From an uncultured Gemmatimonadaceae bacterium (GTDB lineage: Bacteria; Gemmatimonadota; Gemmatimonadetes; Gemmatimonadales; Gemmatimonadaceae), in assembly GCA_963829055.1 (NCBI GenBank), contig CAWHHI010000017.1, forward strand, positions 128,001 to 192,000: a stretch of DNA of 64,000 nucleotides. The letters run 5' to 3'. The notes under the pieces were generated by a model that saw only the letters and a program-made list of their open reading frames with translations, was not told where the DNA came from and did not search any database. Made by a program: the position numbers and the translations under genes. Shown here in pieces: positions 44,047-54,694 of this stretch (position 1 is the stretch's first letter; each line of letters starts with the position of its first letter).

Positions 44047-44140
44047 GATTTCAGCGTTGCGAGGTCAGCAGGGAGGATCACACGGAACCTGTGTCCATAC
44101 TTCGCAAGTATGGGACAACAAGGAATCCGGGGTCGAATCC

Positions 44141-44164
44141 GGGGTCAGACTCGAGTCTGACCCC
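44141..44164. repeat. REP-like palindrome family A
   Basis: Exact 24-bp copy. Confidence 0.9.
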
Positions 44165-44250
44165 ATTTGTATCCTTCGAACGCGTCGGGCCCAGCATCCT
44201 GCTGGCTGGTGAACTGCTTTCCACCGCAGAGTATGCCAGCGGCTGTTCGA

Positions 44251-44489
44251 CAACCATCCAGACGAACCGCTTCGACACGCCATCCAGAGCGAAGGTGTTT
44301 TGAGAAGAAGCCGGAAACAACTGAAACGACCCGATCCGATCGCGACCCGGCCAGACCGCGGCGCGGGGCCCGTTGAAGAGGGGAACGGCCTCGTTTCCCT
44401 TTCATCATTGGCCCCATCCGCCCGATCCGATGTTTCCGGCCGTTTCCGTTCACACCCTCGGTTCTGGATGGTTGCTGAAGCAGTTCCCT
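44251..44489 (+). repeat. Structured repeat family D, about 240 bp
   Basis: Long shared blocks with 55321-55613; ends catccaga.../...tctggatg inverted. Confidence 0.75.
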
Positions 44490-44537
44490 GCGTCCTCCGC
44501 GGTGAATGGCAGTTCAGTCCATACGTCGCCAGCATGC

Positions 44538-46313
44538 TCAGCTGCCGGAGAGATCTGCCCGCCACATCGCCCGGATCATTCTGATCAGCCCCGCAGCCGC
44601 GATGACGAACACGACGGTCCACATGATCCCCTGAGACGTGCGTCCATACAGGTAGCTCCCCGCCCCGAACAACGCGGCGTAGACCATGAAGCAGCCGAGC
44701 ACCCAGCCGAGTAGCGATTGCGTCAGGCTGTCCGGCGACGGGCCCACGCCCGCCTCCGATCGTACCGGCCCCCATCCGCCACCCGCCGGCCTAACGAGTC
44801 GATAGAAGTGCACGAGCGTCGTTCGGTCTGTCGGCGCCGTCGCGAACGTCACGGCTACCCACACGACTGTCGTCACCCCGACCGTGATGAGCAGTGATGT
44901 CTGCGCGGGAATCGCCGCGCCCATCTTCCCGGCAATGAAGAACGTGACAGCCACGGCGAACGAGCTCACCATCGCGGCGATCTCACTCCACGCGTTGATG
45001 CGCCACCAGTACCATCGCAGCAGGTAGATGAGACCCGTGCCTGCCCCGACCGAGAGCAGCAGGTTGAAGCTCGCCTGCGCGGTGTCGAGCACGAACGTCA
45101 ATCCGGCGGCGAGTACCATGAGCACCGCGGTCACCAACCGCCCGACGAGGATGTAGTGCCGCTCATCCGCGCCGGGCCGCATGAAGCGCCGGTAGAAGTC
45201 ATGGACGAGGTACGATGTGCCCCAGTTGAGATGCGTCGAGATGGTCGATACGTACGCGGCGAGCAGTCCGGCGACCATGAGACCGAGCAGCCCCGCGGGC
45301 AGGAAGGTCAGCATTGCCGGATATGCCATGTCGTGCCCGATCAGCGACGGATCCACGTACGGAAACGCGCGACGAATGTCGTCCAGCGTCGGGAACACGA
45401 GGATCGACGAGAGCGCCACGACGACCCATGGCCACGGCCGCAGGGCGTAGTGCGCGAAGTTGAAGAACAGCGTGCCGCCGAGTGCGTCCTTCTCGCTCTT
45501 GGCGGCGAGCATCCGCTGCGCGATGTAGCTCCCGCCGCCCGGCTCCGCGCCCGGATACCAGACCGACCACCACTGCACCGTGAGCGGGATGACGAACACC
45601 GCGAGCGCTGTCGTCCAGTCGCCGAAATCGGGAAGCATGGCGAGCGTCTTCGGTGCCGTGCGCACGAACAGCTCCGATAACCCGCCTACCTGCGGCTGCC
45701 TAACGGCATAGACCGCCGCGGCGACCGAGCCGGTCATCGCGATGCCGAACTGGATGAAGTCCGTCACCAGCACGCCCCAGAGCCCCGACGTCGCGGCGAA
45801 CGCGACGTTCAGCACGGCGCACACGAGCAGCGTCTGCGACATGGGCCAGCCGAGCAGCACGTTCGCGATCTTCGCGGCGGCGAGGTTGACGGTCGCCATG
45901 ATCGCGCAGTTGAAGAACAAGCCGAGATACAGCGCGCGAAAGCCGCGCACGAACGTCGCGGGTCGACCCGAATAACGGATCTCGTAGAACTCGAGATCTG
46001 TGAGCACGCCGGAGCGTCGCCAGACGCGCGCGTAGAAGAACACCGTGGCCATGCCGGTGAGCAGGAACGCCCACCAGAGCCAGTTGCCGGCGACACCGCT
46101 CGTACGGACGATGTTCGTGACGAGGTTCGGCGTGTCGGTGCTGAACGTGGTCGCGACCATGGACACGCCAATGAGCCACCACGGCGCCGCCCGCCCTGAC
46201 GTAAAGAACTCGGCCGTACTCGACCCGGCCCGCCGCGCCAGCACGATGGCGGGGATGAACGAGATGACGATCGAGACGGCGACGATGATCCAGTCGAGCG
46301 ACGTTAGGCGCAC
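44538..46313 (-). CDS. Sodium:solute symporter (SSS) family transporter
   Basis: GTG start LTSLDW; FF.SGR..PWW, SMVATTFSTDTP, GGGSYIAQRMLAAKSEK. Confidence 0.92.
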   Translation of the reverse strand: MRLTSLDWIIVAVSIVISFIPAIVLARRAGSSTAEFFTSGRAAPWWLIGVSMVATTFSTDTPNLVTNIVRTSGVAGNWLWWAFLLTGMATVFFYARVWRRSGVLTDLEFYEIRYSGRPATFVRGFRALYLGLFFNCAIMATVNLAAAKIANVLLGWPMSQTLLVCAVLNVAFAATSGLWGVLVTDFIQFGIAMTGSVAAAVYAVRQPQVGGLSELFVRTAPKTLAMLPDFGDWTTALAVFVIPLTVQWWSVWYPGAEPGGGSYIAQRMLAAKSEKDALGGTLFFNFAHYALRPWPWVVVALSSILVFPTLDDIRRAFPYVDPSLIGHDMAYPAMLTFLPAGLLGLMVAGLLAAYVSTISTHLNWGTSYLVHDFYRRFMRPGADERHYILVGRLVTAVLMVLAAGLTFVLDTAQASFNLLLSVGAGTGLIYLLRWYWWRINAWSEIAAMVSSFAVAVTFFIAGKMGAAIPAQTSLLITVGVTTVVWVAVTFATAPTDRTTLVHFYRLVRPAGGGWGPVRSEAGVGPSPDSLTQSLLGWVLGCFMVYAALFGAGSYLYGRTSQGIMWTVVFVIAAAGLIRMIRAMWRADLSGS

Positions 46314-46319
46314 TGTGTC

Positions 46320-46488
46320 GGGAATCGGGAATGGGGAATCGGGAATAGGGGGCATCCCGAGCGTCAGCGAGGGATCTTCTGTCGGGATCTCGTAGCTGGC
46401 TTCGCATGAACTTCTCACAGTCGTGCGCGCACCTCGCGAGCCAACCGTGTTGCGTGCAGCGCTTGCCCACGACAACAGTCGGGATGAC
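46320..46488. repeat. (GGGAATC)n heptamers followed by palindromic repeat family B
   Basis: gggaatcgggaatggggaatcgggaat; gcatcccgagcgtcagcgagggat...gtcgggatgac. Confidence 0.7.
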
Positions 46489-46492
46489 CGCG

Positions 46493-48598
46493 TTAGGGAG
46501 TCAGCTCCAGCGTCAGGACTTCGAACGGCTGCAGATCGATCCGCTGCGGCTGCGTAGCCACGAACCGCGTCGGGATCGTGCGGCCGCGGCCAACCTGAAA
46601 TGGATTGCGCGCCTTGTACACGCGGGCGGCACCGTCGGGGAGCTCGAACGCCTCCTGCGCATCCACCAGCATCCCCTGCACGCGATCGCTCGGGTTTCGC
46701 AGCGTGAGTATCCCACCACGTGGTGTCCATGACGCCCACCCATACGGCTGCAGCGCCGCCGGGTCGCCGCCAATCCAGTGCGTGTCCACCAGCGTCGCCG
46801 CGTTCCGTCGCGACCACTTCGCCGATTCCGCCAACGTGTCCCAGTTCTCCTTCGTCAGGAGACGCGGCGTCACGTACATCTCCTGCAACTGCGTCCCTGT
46901 ACCGAAGTACGAGCGGATCTCCGACGCGAAGTCATGCTGCGGATCGATCTCCAGGTTCTTCGCGGACTTCGCGTAGATCAGCCCGTGCAGCATGAGCGAA
47001 TTGATCGGGAACAGCGGACCGCGGCGCACCACGTTCGCGAACGTGTCCGCGTCACGATACGTGATCCACTGCTGCCGCTTCGAGCCCGTGCCCGCGAACT
47101 CGTGGTCTTCACCGCCGCGCCAGATCGAGTCCGCCCAGCGGAGCCAGAACGGTGACGGGTACGTTCCCGTCGTAAGGTTCACGTACAGATCCGGCTTCTC
47201 GCCCCGCAACGTCTCGATCAGCGAGATCGCCGCCTCGAAATCACTGCCGAACGCGCTGCCTGGAATCGCACGGTCGGCGTTGCCGGTGCCGTCGAACTTG
47301 AACTGGTTCACGCCATACCGCCGCACCATCGTCAGGCACGTCTCGAGAAAACGGCGATAGTACACCGGCCCCGATAACGCGAATCCGCCGGCGTTCGTCT
47401 CGAAGCCCTTGGTCTTCCCGTTCGTCAGGCGATCCTGCTTCGGCTTCCCATAGCCACCCCACGGCGACATCCACACGCCTGGCGCGGCGCCATAGCGCGC
47501 GGTTGCATCGCGCACGCCAGAAAATCCTCGCGGGAACCCGCTGTGAAATCCCCACAGCGTCTTCGGATCGTCCCACCCATCATCGAACAGGAACGAGTCC
47601 AGCTCGACGCCGCGCTTCCGCTGCAACTCCTCGCCGAACGTCGCGATCACCGCGAGCGCCTCGGGCTCGTTGAACTTCGAGAAATACCCGAGATCGTACC
47701 ACGAGTTGTAGTGCAGGAACGGTCGATACGGATGCGCGCGCTCATGCTCGACGTACGCGAGGAAATCCCGCCGCAGCTGACCAGGACGGGTGGTGCCGAT
47801 CACCGACGAGACGTCGAGCGTCGTCCCCATGCGCAGCGGCAACTGCCGCGGGAGCGACGATCGCGCGCGCGCGCCATCCAGCGCCGTCAGCGCGAGTGGA
47901 TGCTCTACCGCCGCGAACCAGCGGTCGATGATGAGTGGACTTCCCTTCACCGTCCCGTTCACGGTCGCGTTGAGCGCAGGGATGTCGACGAGCACCGCCT
48001 CGCGCAGCGGGATGTCTTTCGCGGTCGGCCGCACGGTGATCTCCTGCCGCACATAACGCGACCCGTCACGTAGCTCGGCGCGCCAGTCGACACGCAGCCG
48101 CCTGGCGTAGTCCTCGAACTGCGCCACGACCTGGCGTCCAGGAAGACGGTCCGCGAGCCGCGCCGAACTGGCACGCGTGGTGATGGGCCCGACACTCGGC
48201 GCCCCAACCAGCCGCATTTCACTCGATCGCACAGGCTCGCCATCGAGCAGAAGCACGAACGCGTCCGGCGAGACGTCCAGCACTGCGCCATTCGGCTCCC
48301 GCACCCGCACGACGCGCATCCGCCCGGCATACACGCCCCACTGGGCGAGGATGGCGGCGTTCGACAGCGTCAGCGTCTGCGCTTGTTGCGTACCGCGCGC
48401 CTGGAGCGCTGGGTCGGCGTCGCCTAACGTGTCATCACCGCTGGACGCGTCGGCAGCCGGCAACCAGAGCCCACTCGCCAACAGCGACGCCGCACCGATA
48501 CCGAGTCCGTAGCGCGTACCGTGCTCGAGAAAGTCGCGGCGGCTCACCGGATCCGCCGACTCCGTGGACAGCTGAGGTTTGCGCGGTCCGTCGGTCAT
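46493..48598 (-). CDS. Tat-exported putative glycoside hydrolase (GH36/clan D-like barrel; family often labelled enterotoxin)
   Basis: SRRDFL; YNSWYD, FLFDDGWD, FP.GF, GVWMSPWGG, FKFDG, IWRGG.D. Confidence 0.7.
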   Translation of the reverse strand: MTDGPRKPQLSTESADPVSRRDFLEHGTRYGLGIGAASLLASGLWLPAADASSGDDTLGDADPALQARGTQQAQTLTLSNAAILAQWGVYAGRMRVVRVREPNGAVLDVSPDAFVLLLDGEPVRSSEMRLVGAPSVGPITTRASSARLADRLPGRQVVAQFEDYARRLRVDWRAELRDGSRYVRQEITVRPTAKDIPLREAVLVDIPALNATVNGTVKGSPLIIDRWFAAVEHPLALTALDGARARSSLPRQLPLRMGTTLDVSSVIGTTRPGQLRRDFLAYVEHERAHPYRPFLHYNSWYDLGYFSKFNEPEALAVIATFGEELQRKRGVELDSFLFDDGWDDPKTLWGFHSGFPRGFSGVRDATARYGAAPGVWMSPWGGYGKPKQDRLTNGKTKGFETNAGGFALSGPVYYRRFLETCLTMVRRYGVNQFKFDGTGNADRAIPGSAFGSDFEAAISLIETLRGEKPDLYVNLTTGTYPSPFWLRWADSIWRGGEDHEFAGTGSKRQQWITYRDADTFANVVRRGPLFPINSLMLHGLIYAKSAKNLEIDPQHDFASEIRSYFGTGTQLQEMYVTPRLLTKENWDTLAESAKWSRRNAATLVDTHWIGGDPAALQPYGWASWTPRGGILTLRNPSDRVQGMLVDAQEAFELPDGAARVYKARNPFQVGRGRTIPTRFVATQPQRIDLQPFEVLTLELTP

Positions 48599-48755
48599 CC
48601 GGGTATCTCCTCGTCCGTCGGTATCATGGGCGAGCACGAAGGAACTGTGGCAGTGTTCGCGGCGGAAACTTGACCACCGGACGCGAGCCGATCAATGTCG
48701 GTGCGCAGTAGCACTCCAATTGTGTGCGAACCGCCGCTCCTCGAACGAACCAACA

Positions 48756-49535
48756 ATGCCCCGACGCTCCACTGGTGTCACCGTCGCCGGACTCGCCTGC
48801 GCACTACTCGCCGCCTTCCCCATGCACGACGTCAACGCTCAACCGTCCACGCGGTGGCCGATCCACTCCACCGACCGGCCGCAGCCTCGCGTCATCAAGC
48901 CACCGTCCACGAGTTGGACGGTCGCGCCGCCATCCGATGCGACGGTGCTCTTCGCCGGAACTGACCTCTCGCGCTGGGAGAAGGACGGCGGCGGCGCGGC
49001 GGCGTGGAAGGTCGCGGACGGATACATGGAAGTCGTGCCGAACGCGGGCGGGATCGTGTCCCGCGATCGCTTTGGCGACGCGCAGGTGCACGTCGAGTGG
49101 ATGGCGCCGTTGCCCGCGGTTGGCGAGAGTCAGGAGCGCGGCAACAGCGGCGTGTTCCTCATGGGACGCTACGAGGTGCAGGTGCTCGACTCGTACGGGA
49201 ACGTCACGTACGCGGACGGACAGGCGGCGTCGATCTTCGGTCAGTACCCGCCGCTCGTGAACGCGAGTCGTCCGCCCGGCGAATGGCAGACGTACGACAT
49301 CGTGTTCCATCGACCGCGATTCGACGCGGCTGGCAAGGTCACGAGTCCGGCGCGCATGACCGTCCTGCATAACGGGGTACTCGTGCAGGACAACGTGGTG
49401 CTCTCCGGCCCCACCGCGTACCAGCGCCGGCCACCGTACGAGAGGCACGACGACCGACTGCCGCTCTCGCTCCAGGACCACGGCACGCGCGTCCGCTTTC
49501 GGAACATCTGGGTGCGCGATCTGGAGCGTCAGTGA
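48756..49535 (+). CDS. DUF1080 (3-keto-disaccharide hydrolase-like) protein, secreted
   Basis: PPSDA.VLF.G, GNSGVF, YEVQVLDS, GEWQTYDI, LQDHG..V.FRNIW. Confidence 0.92.
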   Translation: MPRRSTGVTVAGLACALLAAFPMHDVNAQPSTRWPIHSTDRPQPRVIKPPSTSWTVAPPSDATVLFAGTDLSRWEKDGGGAAAWKVADGYMEVVPNAGGIVSRDRFGDAQVHVEWMAPLPAVGESQERGNSGVFLMGRYEVQVLDSYGNVTYADGQAASIFGQYPPLVNASRPPGEWQTYDIVFHRPRFDAAGKVTSPARMTVLHNGVLVQDNVVLSGPTAYQRRPPYERHDDRLPLSLQDHGTRVRFRNIWVRDLERQ

Positions 49536-49537
49536 GA

Positions 49538-49671
49538 TGTCATTCCGAGCGGGTTGTCATTCCGAGCGGAGCCGCGAAGCGGCGGAGTCGAGGAATCCTT
49601 GCTCTCCGGGTAGAGCCCTCTACCGAGCAGAATCGCGATTCCTCGACTCACTGTCGTTCGCTCGGAATGAC
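49538..49671. repeat. Palindromic repeat family B with duplicated left end
   Basis: tgtcattccgagcg twice; gagtcgaggaatc/gattcctcgactc; cgctcggaatgac. Confidence 0.8.
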
Positions 49672-49676
49672 TGCGC

Positions 49677-51552
49677 CTAACGACTCACCGGATCGTCGAA
49701 CCGCCACTGCGCCTTGTAGTCCCGCTTCAACGGCAGATTCTCGAGCCGCGCGCGCACCATCTCCACCGGCATGCGCCCACCCTGCAGAATCGCGTCGTGA
49801 AACTGACGATTCGTCATGCGACCCGACTCGACCAACTCCTTGTGCAGCGCGCGGAACTGCAGCCCGCCGATCATGTACGCCACCTGATACAGCGGCGGGT
49901 ACGATCCATTGAACGACCGGCGCACCTCCGCCTCCGCGTTCGCGCGCTCGTGACCCACACGTTCCACGAGAAAATCGACCGCCTCCTGCGGCGTCATCGT
50001 GCCGAGGTGGAAGCGGAGCGAGAAGATGATCCGCGCCGTGCGATGCATGCGCCAGAACAACATGCCCACGCGATCCTCGGGCGTACGCGCGAAGCCCTGG
50101 TCCCAGAGCAGCATCTCCCAGTAGAGCGACCAGCCCTCCATCCAGAACGGCGTGCTGAAGACCTGCCGGTGCGTCATGTAGCGAGCGTTCATGAAGCCCT
50201 GCAGGTGATGCCCCGGAATCAGCTCGTGATGCACCGTCGCGCGTGAGAAGTGCGGGTTGTTCCCGCGCATGCTCATCATCTTCTCCTCGTGCGTCATCCC
50301 GTCGGTCGGATACGACACGAGAATCGTCTCACCGCCGAGGAAGAACGGCGCAACGCGTTGACGCTCCGGCGTCATCATCTCCATCCGCCAGATCTCGCTC
50401 GCGAGCGGCGGCACCGTGACGAGATCGCGCCTGGTGACGAACTCCTCCGCCTCGCGCGCGAGGTCACGGATGAGATCCGGCTGCTTCCCCGGCTCGACGT
50501 ACGTGTTCTTCACCTTCTCGACCGCCTTCCGCCAATCGTCGCCGAACCCCATCTCGCGCGACGCCTTCTTCATCTCGACCTCGCACCACGCGTACTCGCG
50601 CTCCGCGATCGCGATGAGGCGCTCCGGTGTGTACGGCATCATCTCGTGCGCGAGGTCAGCCTCGAGTCCCGCTGCGCCAATCGGATCACCGATGATTGGA
50701 TCGGTATCGCCCTGCTTGATGCCCACAACCTTCTCGCGGAGCATGGCTGAGTAGCCCTTGAGGGCCTCGTCCGACTTCTTGAACGGATCCTCGGCCCACC
50801 AGCTGAAGAGTGGATCGTACCCCGAGTAGTAGCGGTACCACTGGCCCAGTGTCGTGCGCAGCTCGTCCACGAAGCCGGCCGTGCGGAAGCCGACGAACCG
50901 CACGGTCCGAAGCGAATCGCGCACGTTCGGCGTTGGTGGTATCGACCTTCGTTGCCGCGACCTTCTCGACAGCCTTGCGCACGCTATCGACCTGTTTCGC
51001 GAGCAGGGCAAGCGTTCGCCCGGCGTCCTGCTGGTTGACGGGCTTGAGCTCACGACGCGCCTCCATGAGATCGAAGATCGTCCCCGCGAACGGCGTGTAC
51101 GACTGCATCTCGGCCAGCTGCTGTCGGCTGCGCTTCAGCTGATACTGCTGATATTCCAGCTCGTGGCGCAGGAGCACGTAGTCGACCCGTCCCTCCTGGG
51201 AGAGCTTGTCGAAGGCGACCTCACCGAGCCGCGCGGTCCATTGCGTCGTGAACGCTTCGAGTCGCTTCGCGCGTGCCGGCGAATAGTCGACGCCGTATCG
51301 CCTGCCTAACGCCTCCTGGTCCGCGTCATACCGCGCGACGACTTGGGCGAGCTCGCTCCGCGGCGTCGCCGCGTACGGAGCCAGCGCGGGAACGGCGGAC
51401 GTTTCGACGGACGGTCGAGGCGCTGCCGCCTTTTTTCCGCTCTGGCCCGATAGCGCGATGGGCGTAACGAACAGGATCGCGAGCACGACAAGCGCGCGGG
51501 CGCAGACGAACGTGCCTGACCGACCCCGAAGCGCCGCTGGCAAGGACACCAT
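49677..51552 (-). CDS. DUF885 family metallopeptidase-like protein; frameshift near 50920
   Basis: HHELIPGHHLQ, EGWSLYWE, AYMIG..Q. Confidence 0.88.
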
Positions 51553-51685
51553 GAGCTGTTCCACTCGTGAGAATGTGTCGAGCCGGCACCGCATGCTCAC
51601 CTGGCGACGGGACGGCCTGGAGAAGGCCGCAAATTACGCCTGTTGGGCTCGCGGCGCGAAGGGCATCGCGCCGCGAGCGGGTATC

Positions 51686-52186
51686 CTAACGTTTCTTCTG
51701 CTTCGCCGGTCCGTTCGCACCCTGATACGTGCCGATGACCTGCGCCTGCTCGAGGATGTGGCCGCGCATCGCTGCCTCGACGTCGGCCTTCGTCCCCGCT
51801 CCGAGATCGCCGAGCATCGTGTCCAGTGCGTAGAGCTTGAAGAAGTAGCGATGGCGCCCGATCGGCGGGCACGGACCTCCGTAACCCGTGTTGCCGAAGT
51901 CGTTCTTCCCCTCGCGCGCGCCTTTCGGTAACTGCGCTTTCGTCATGCCTTCGGGGAGACCCGGCGTCGACGGCGGAATGTCGTACAGCACCCAGTGCAC
52001 GTACACCATCTTCGGCGCGGCAGGGTCTGGCGCGTCCGGGTCATCGACGATGAGCGCGAGACTCTTCGTGCGCTCGGGCACGCCCGACCACTCGAGCGCG
52101 GGCGACACATCATCGTCCTCACACGTGTACTTGATGGACATCGGGCCGTTCGGCGCGAACGCTGTGGATTGGATCGTGAGAGCCAT
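51686..52186 (-). CDS. YbhB/YbcL (PEBP) family protein
   Basis: DDPDAP, HWVLY, GPCPP.G.HRY.FKLYALD. Confidence 0.93.
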   Translation of the reverse strand: MALTIQSTAFAPNGPMSIKYTCEDDDVSPALEWSGVPERTKSLALIVDDPDAPDPAAPKMVYVHWVLYDIPPSTPGLPEGMTKAQLPKGAREGKNDFGNTGYGGPCPPIGRHRYFFKLYALDTMLGDLGAGTKADVEAAMRGHILEQAQVIGTYQGANGPAKQKKR

Positions 52187-52391
52187 CGCTCGACCTCGTT
52201 GGTTGACATTGGTTGGCGTCGCAAGAGCGACGCTCAGGTGTGGCCCGGACGAACATGGGCAGACGTGCACTCGATACCGACTCACGCATTCGGCACAGGC
52301 GTTGCTCGATTGCGTTCCAGCGTTGGAACCGAGGCGCGGCGTCCGCCTACAATGATGCGACCGCTGTGCCCACACGCGAGGAGGAACCCAG

Positions 52392-52685
52392 ATGCCGAGA
52401 GGAGACAAGAGCGCCTACACCGACAAACAGAAACGCCAGGCCGAGCACATCGAGGAAGGCTACGAGGAACGCGGCGTGCCCGATGGTGAGGCGGAGCGCC
52501 GTGCCTGGGCGACGGTGAACGCCATGACGCACGGCGGGAAGAAGTCGGGCTCCGGTCGCGGACGGGCGGAGAACCACGAGCCCGCTCGGAAAGGCGGCCG
52601 CAAGGGCGGTCGGAGCGTCAGTGGCGACGAGCGCAGCCGCGCCGCGAAGAAAGGTTGGGAAACCAGACGTCGAAACGAGCGATGA
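52392..52685 (+). CDS. Small basic conserved protein, probable general-stress protein
   Basis: GAGGAGG RBS; MPRGDKSAYTDKQKRQAEHIEE.YE.RG...EAERRAWATVN. Confidence 0.85.
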   Translation: MPRGDKSAYTDKQKRQAEHIEEGYEERGVPDGEAERRAWATVNAMTHGGKKSGSGRGRAENHEPARKGGRKGGRSVSGDERSRAAKKGWETRRRNER

Positions 52686-52701
52686 TGCTCGAGATGACAC
52701 A

Positions 52702-53124
52702 ATGAGGCACCCGAGGCAGAGAAACGTCCACCGTTCGCCGACCGGCCGCTCCGCCCTCGTCGCGTTCGCGACGGCCATCGCCGCCGTCACCGTCGCAGCG
52801 TGTGGCACGTTCCATCGTGGCAGCGGCGAGCCACCGGCGTTGCTGTATTTCACGAACGAGTCGCTCGACCAGGCGGACGTCTATGCGGTGTCGTCCGGCG
52901 GTGCGTCGACCCGAATCGGCACGGTCTCCGGTGGTCGCACGGACACGCTCACGGTGCCGCGCGACGTCGTGGCCCGCAACGACAACGTGAATCTCGTGGC
53001 GCGTCTGCTGGCGCGATCGGCCATGCCCTCGAGTGGGCCGATCCCGATCCGTCCCGGCGACCATCTGGCGGTTCGGCTTCCGATCGATCAGAAGATGCTC
53101 GTGGTGCTGCCGGGCGACCCCTGA
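52702..53124 (+). CDS. Hypothetical lipoprotein
   Basis: Basic N-terminus, hydrophobic stretch, lipobox VAAC. Confidence 0.65.
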   Translation: MRHPRQRNVHRSPTGRSALVAFATAIAAVTVAACGTFHRGSGEPPALLYFTNESLDQADVYAVSSGGASTRIGTVSGGRTDTLTVPRDVVARNDNVNLVARLLARSAMPSSGPIPIRPGDHLAVRLPIDQKMLVVLPGDP

Positions 53125-53146
53125 TGGTCTGTCGTTAGGCCGACGC

Positions 53147-54167
53147 TCAGCGCGCCTTGAGCGCGAAGGTGATTGGCAGTCGGTCCCGCACGACCGTCAC
53201 GCTCATCGTCTCCGTCTGATTGACGCGGAGGAAGCGCAACGCACCGTCCTCCGAGAGGATGGACTTGCCGTCGATGTGCGAGATGGTGTCGCCGACGCGA
53301 ATGCCTGCGCGCTCGGCCGGACCTCCAGGCGTGAGCGCGACGATGGGAGGGTAGCCGTCGAACTTGTAGTACTCCGTACCGTCGGGCGTACGCGCGCGTG
53401 TGCACGCTGGCTGACAGCCGACCGCGAAACCGAAGCGTCGCCCGCCCGCGGACAGGTTCACCTCGACTCTCGGGCGCGCTGAATTGTGGCACGCCATCGA
53501 TGATGAACAGCGGCTCGTTCTTCGGTGCGGCTTGGGGCACCGTCTTTGGCCGGATCGTGCTGGCGCGCTTCGTCGTGATCAGGATGACTCCGTTGACGGC
53601 TCGCTCACCGTAGAGCGACCTGGCGGCAGGTCCCTTGAGCACCTCGATGGATTCGATCGAGGCGGAGTCGACCTGATTCAGATCGCTCACGACCCCGCCA
53701 TCCACGATCACGACCGGCGAGTTCGTAGGTGCCGACGACTGCTGCGGAACGGTCGAGGCGTCGCACCCGGGAGTCGTTGCGTCCACCTGCACGCGCGAGT
53801 TCCCGCGGCGTACCGTCACCGTCGCCTTCCCCGCCCGCGGGTACGTGAACTGATCGGCACCAGCCGCAGTCATGATCGGTTCGCCATTCACCGCCTCGAT
53901 CACATCGCCCGGCTGGAACGCGCTGGACTTCGCCGCATCGAGCACGATGGGCTCGGCCTGGAAGATCGTATGGAGCCGTGCTCTGTCACCACGCCTGACG
54001 GAGCAGCTCGCGCACTGGTACGACGTGATACCGAACGCGGCCCCCGGACCCGAGCACGATGCGGCTTCCTGAGCGGCGAGTGGAGGGACGCTGGCGATCA
54101 ACGCGACGAGCATCGCCGAGTAGTGCGTGCGACGTTCGCGAGATGTGCGACGATGTGCGTTAGGCAT
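53147..54167 (-). CDS. Secreted PDZ - TonB-plug-like - PDZ protein; frameshift near 53470
   Basis: GDVIEAVNG; IESIEVLKG....LYG....GVILITTK; PAERAGIRVGD.I..IDG. Confidence 0.72.
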
Positions 54168-54169
54168 GG

Positions 54170-54694
54170 TCAGAACCAGAGGACGCGTTGTGGTGGAGTC
54201 GACGTGGCGGGCACCCCACTCGTCCGCAGCGCCGCGGCAAGACCAGGCGTTAGGCCGCCATCGAGATTGTTGCGTGCGACCGCCTGCGCGGCACCGAGCA
54301 GGACGCGACTCGCGACCTCGATCGCTGTGGAGTCCGTTTTCGCGACCGCCCCAGCGTACCCGTTGGCCGCTCGCACGTAGGCAGACCCGGCTCGTTGCAT
54401 CAGCAGGATGCGATCGGACGTCGAGAGGTCGGTGCGCTCGAGACGCGCCTCGAGCGAGTTGCGTGTCGCCAGGTGCGCGCCGATTGCTCCACCGGCCACG
54501 AATAGCACGACGGCGGCGGCAAGCTGCAGCATCCACGATCGCCCTCGTCGCCGCGCCGCGAAGAAGCCTTCGCTTTCGAGCGAGGACACGAGCCGGTCCA
54601 GCTCACGCGGGGCGGGCAGACTCTCGCGAGGCAGCTCGGCGAACAGCTGGTCGAGCCGATCATCACGGCGCGGGAGATCGAGATCATCGGACAT
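54170..54694 (-). CDS. Probable single-TM anti-sigma factor
   Basis: Overlaps ECF sigma 3' end; LAAAVVLFVAGG TM after basic stretch. Confidence 0.65.
   Translation of the reverse strand: MSDDLDLPRRDDRLDQLFAELPRESLPAPRELDRLVSSLESEGFFAARRRGRSWMLQLAAAVVLFVAGGAIGAHLATRNSLEARLERTDLSTSDRILLMQRAGSAYVRAANGYAGAVAKTDSTAIEVASRVLLGAAQAVARNNLDGGLTPGLAAALRTSGVPATSTPPQRVLWF

Noticed and set aside
46493..48598. Enterotoxin / virulence factor
   Set aside because: Motifs and context point to a carbohydrate-active barrel; the label appears to be an inherited annotation.
3986..53497. Pseudogenes or programmed frameshifts in split genes
   Set aside because: Too many unrelated genes are affected, there are no slippery-site patterns, and motifs are intact on both sides; sequencing indels are more likely.
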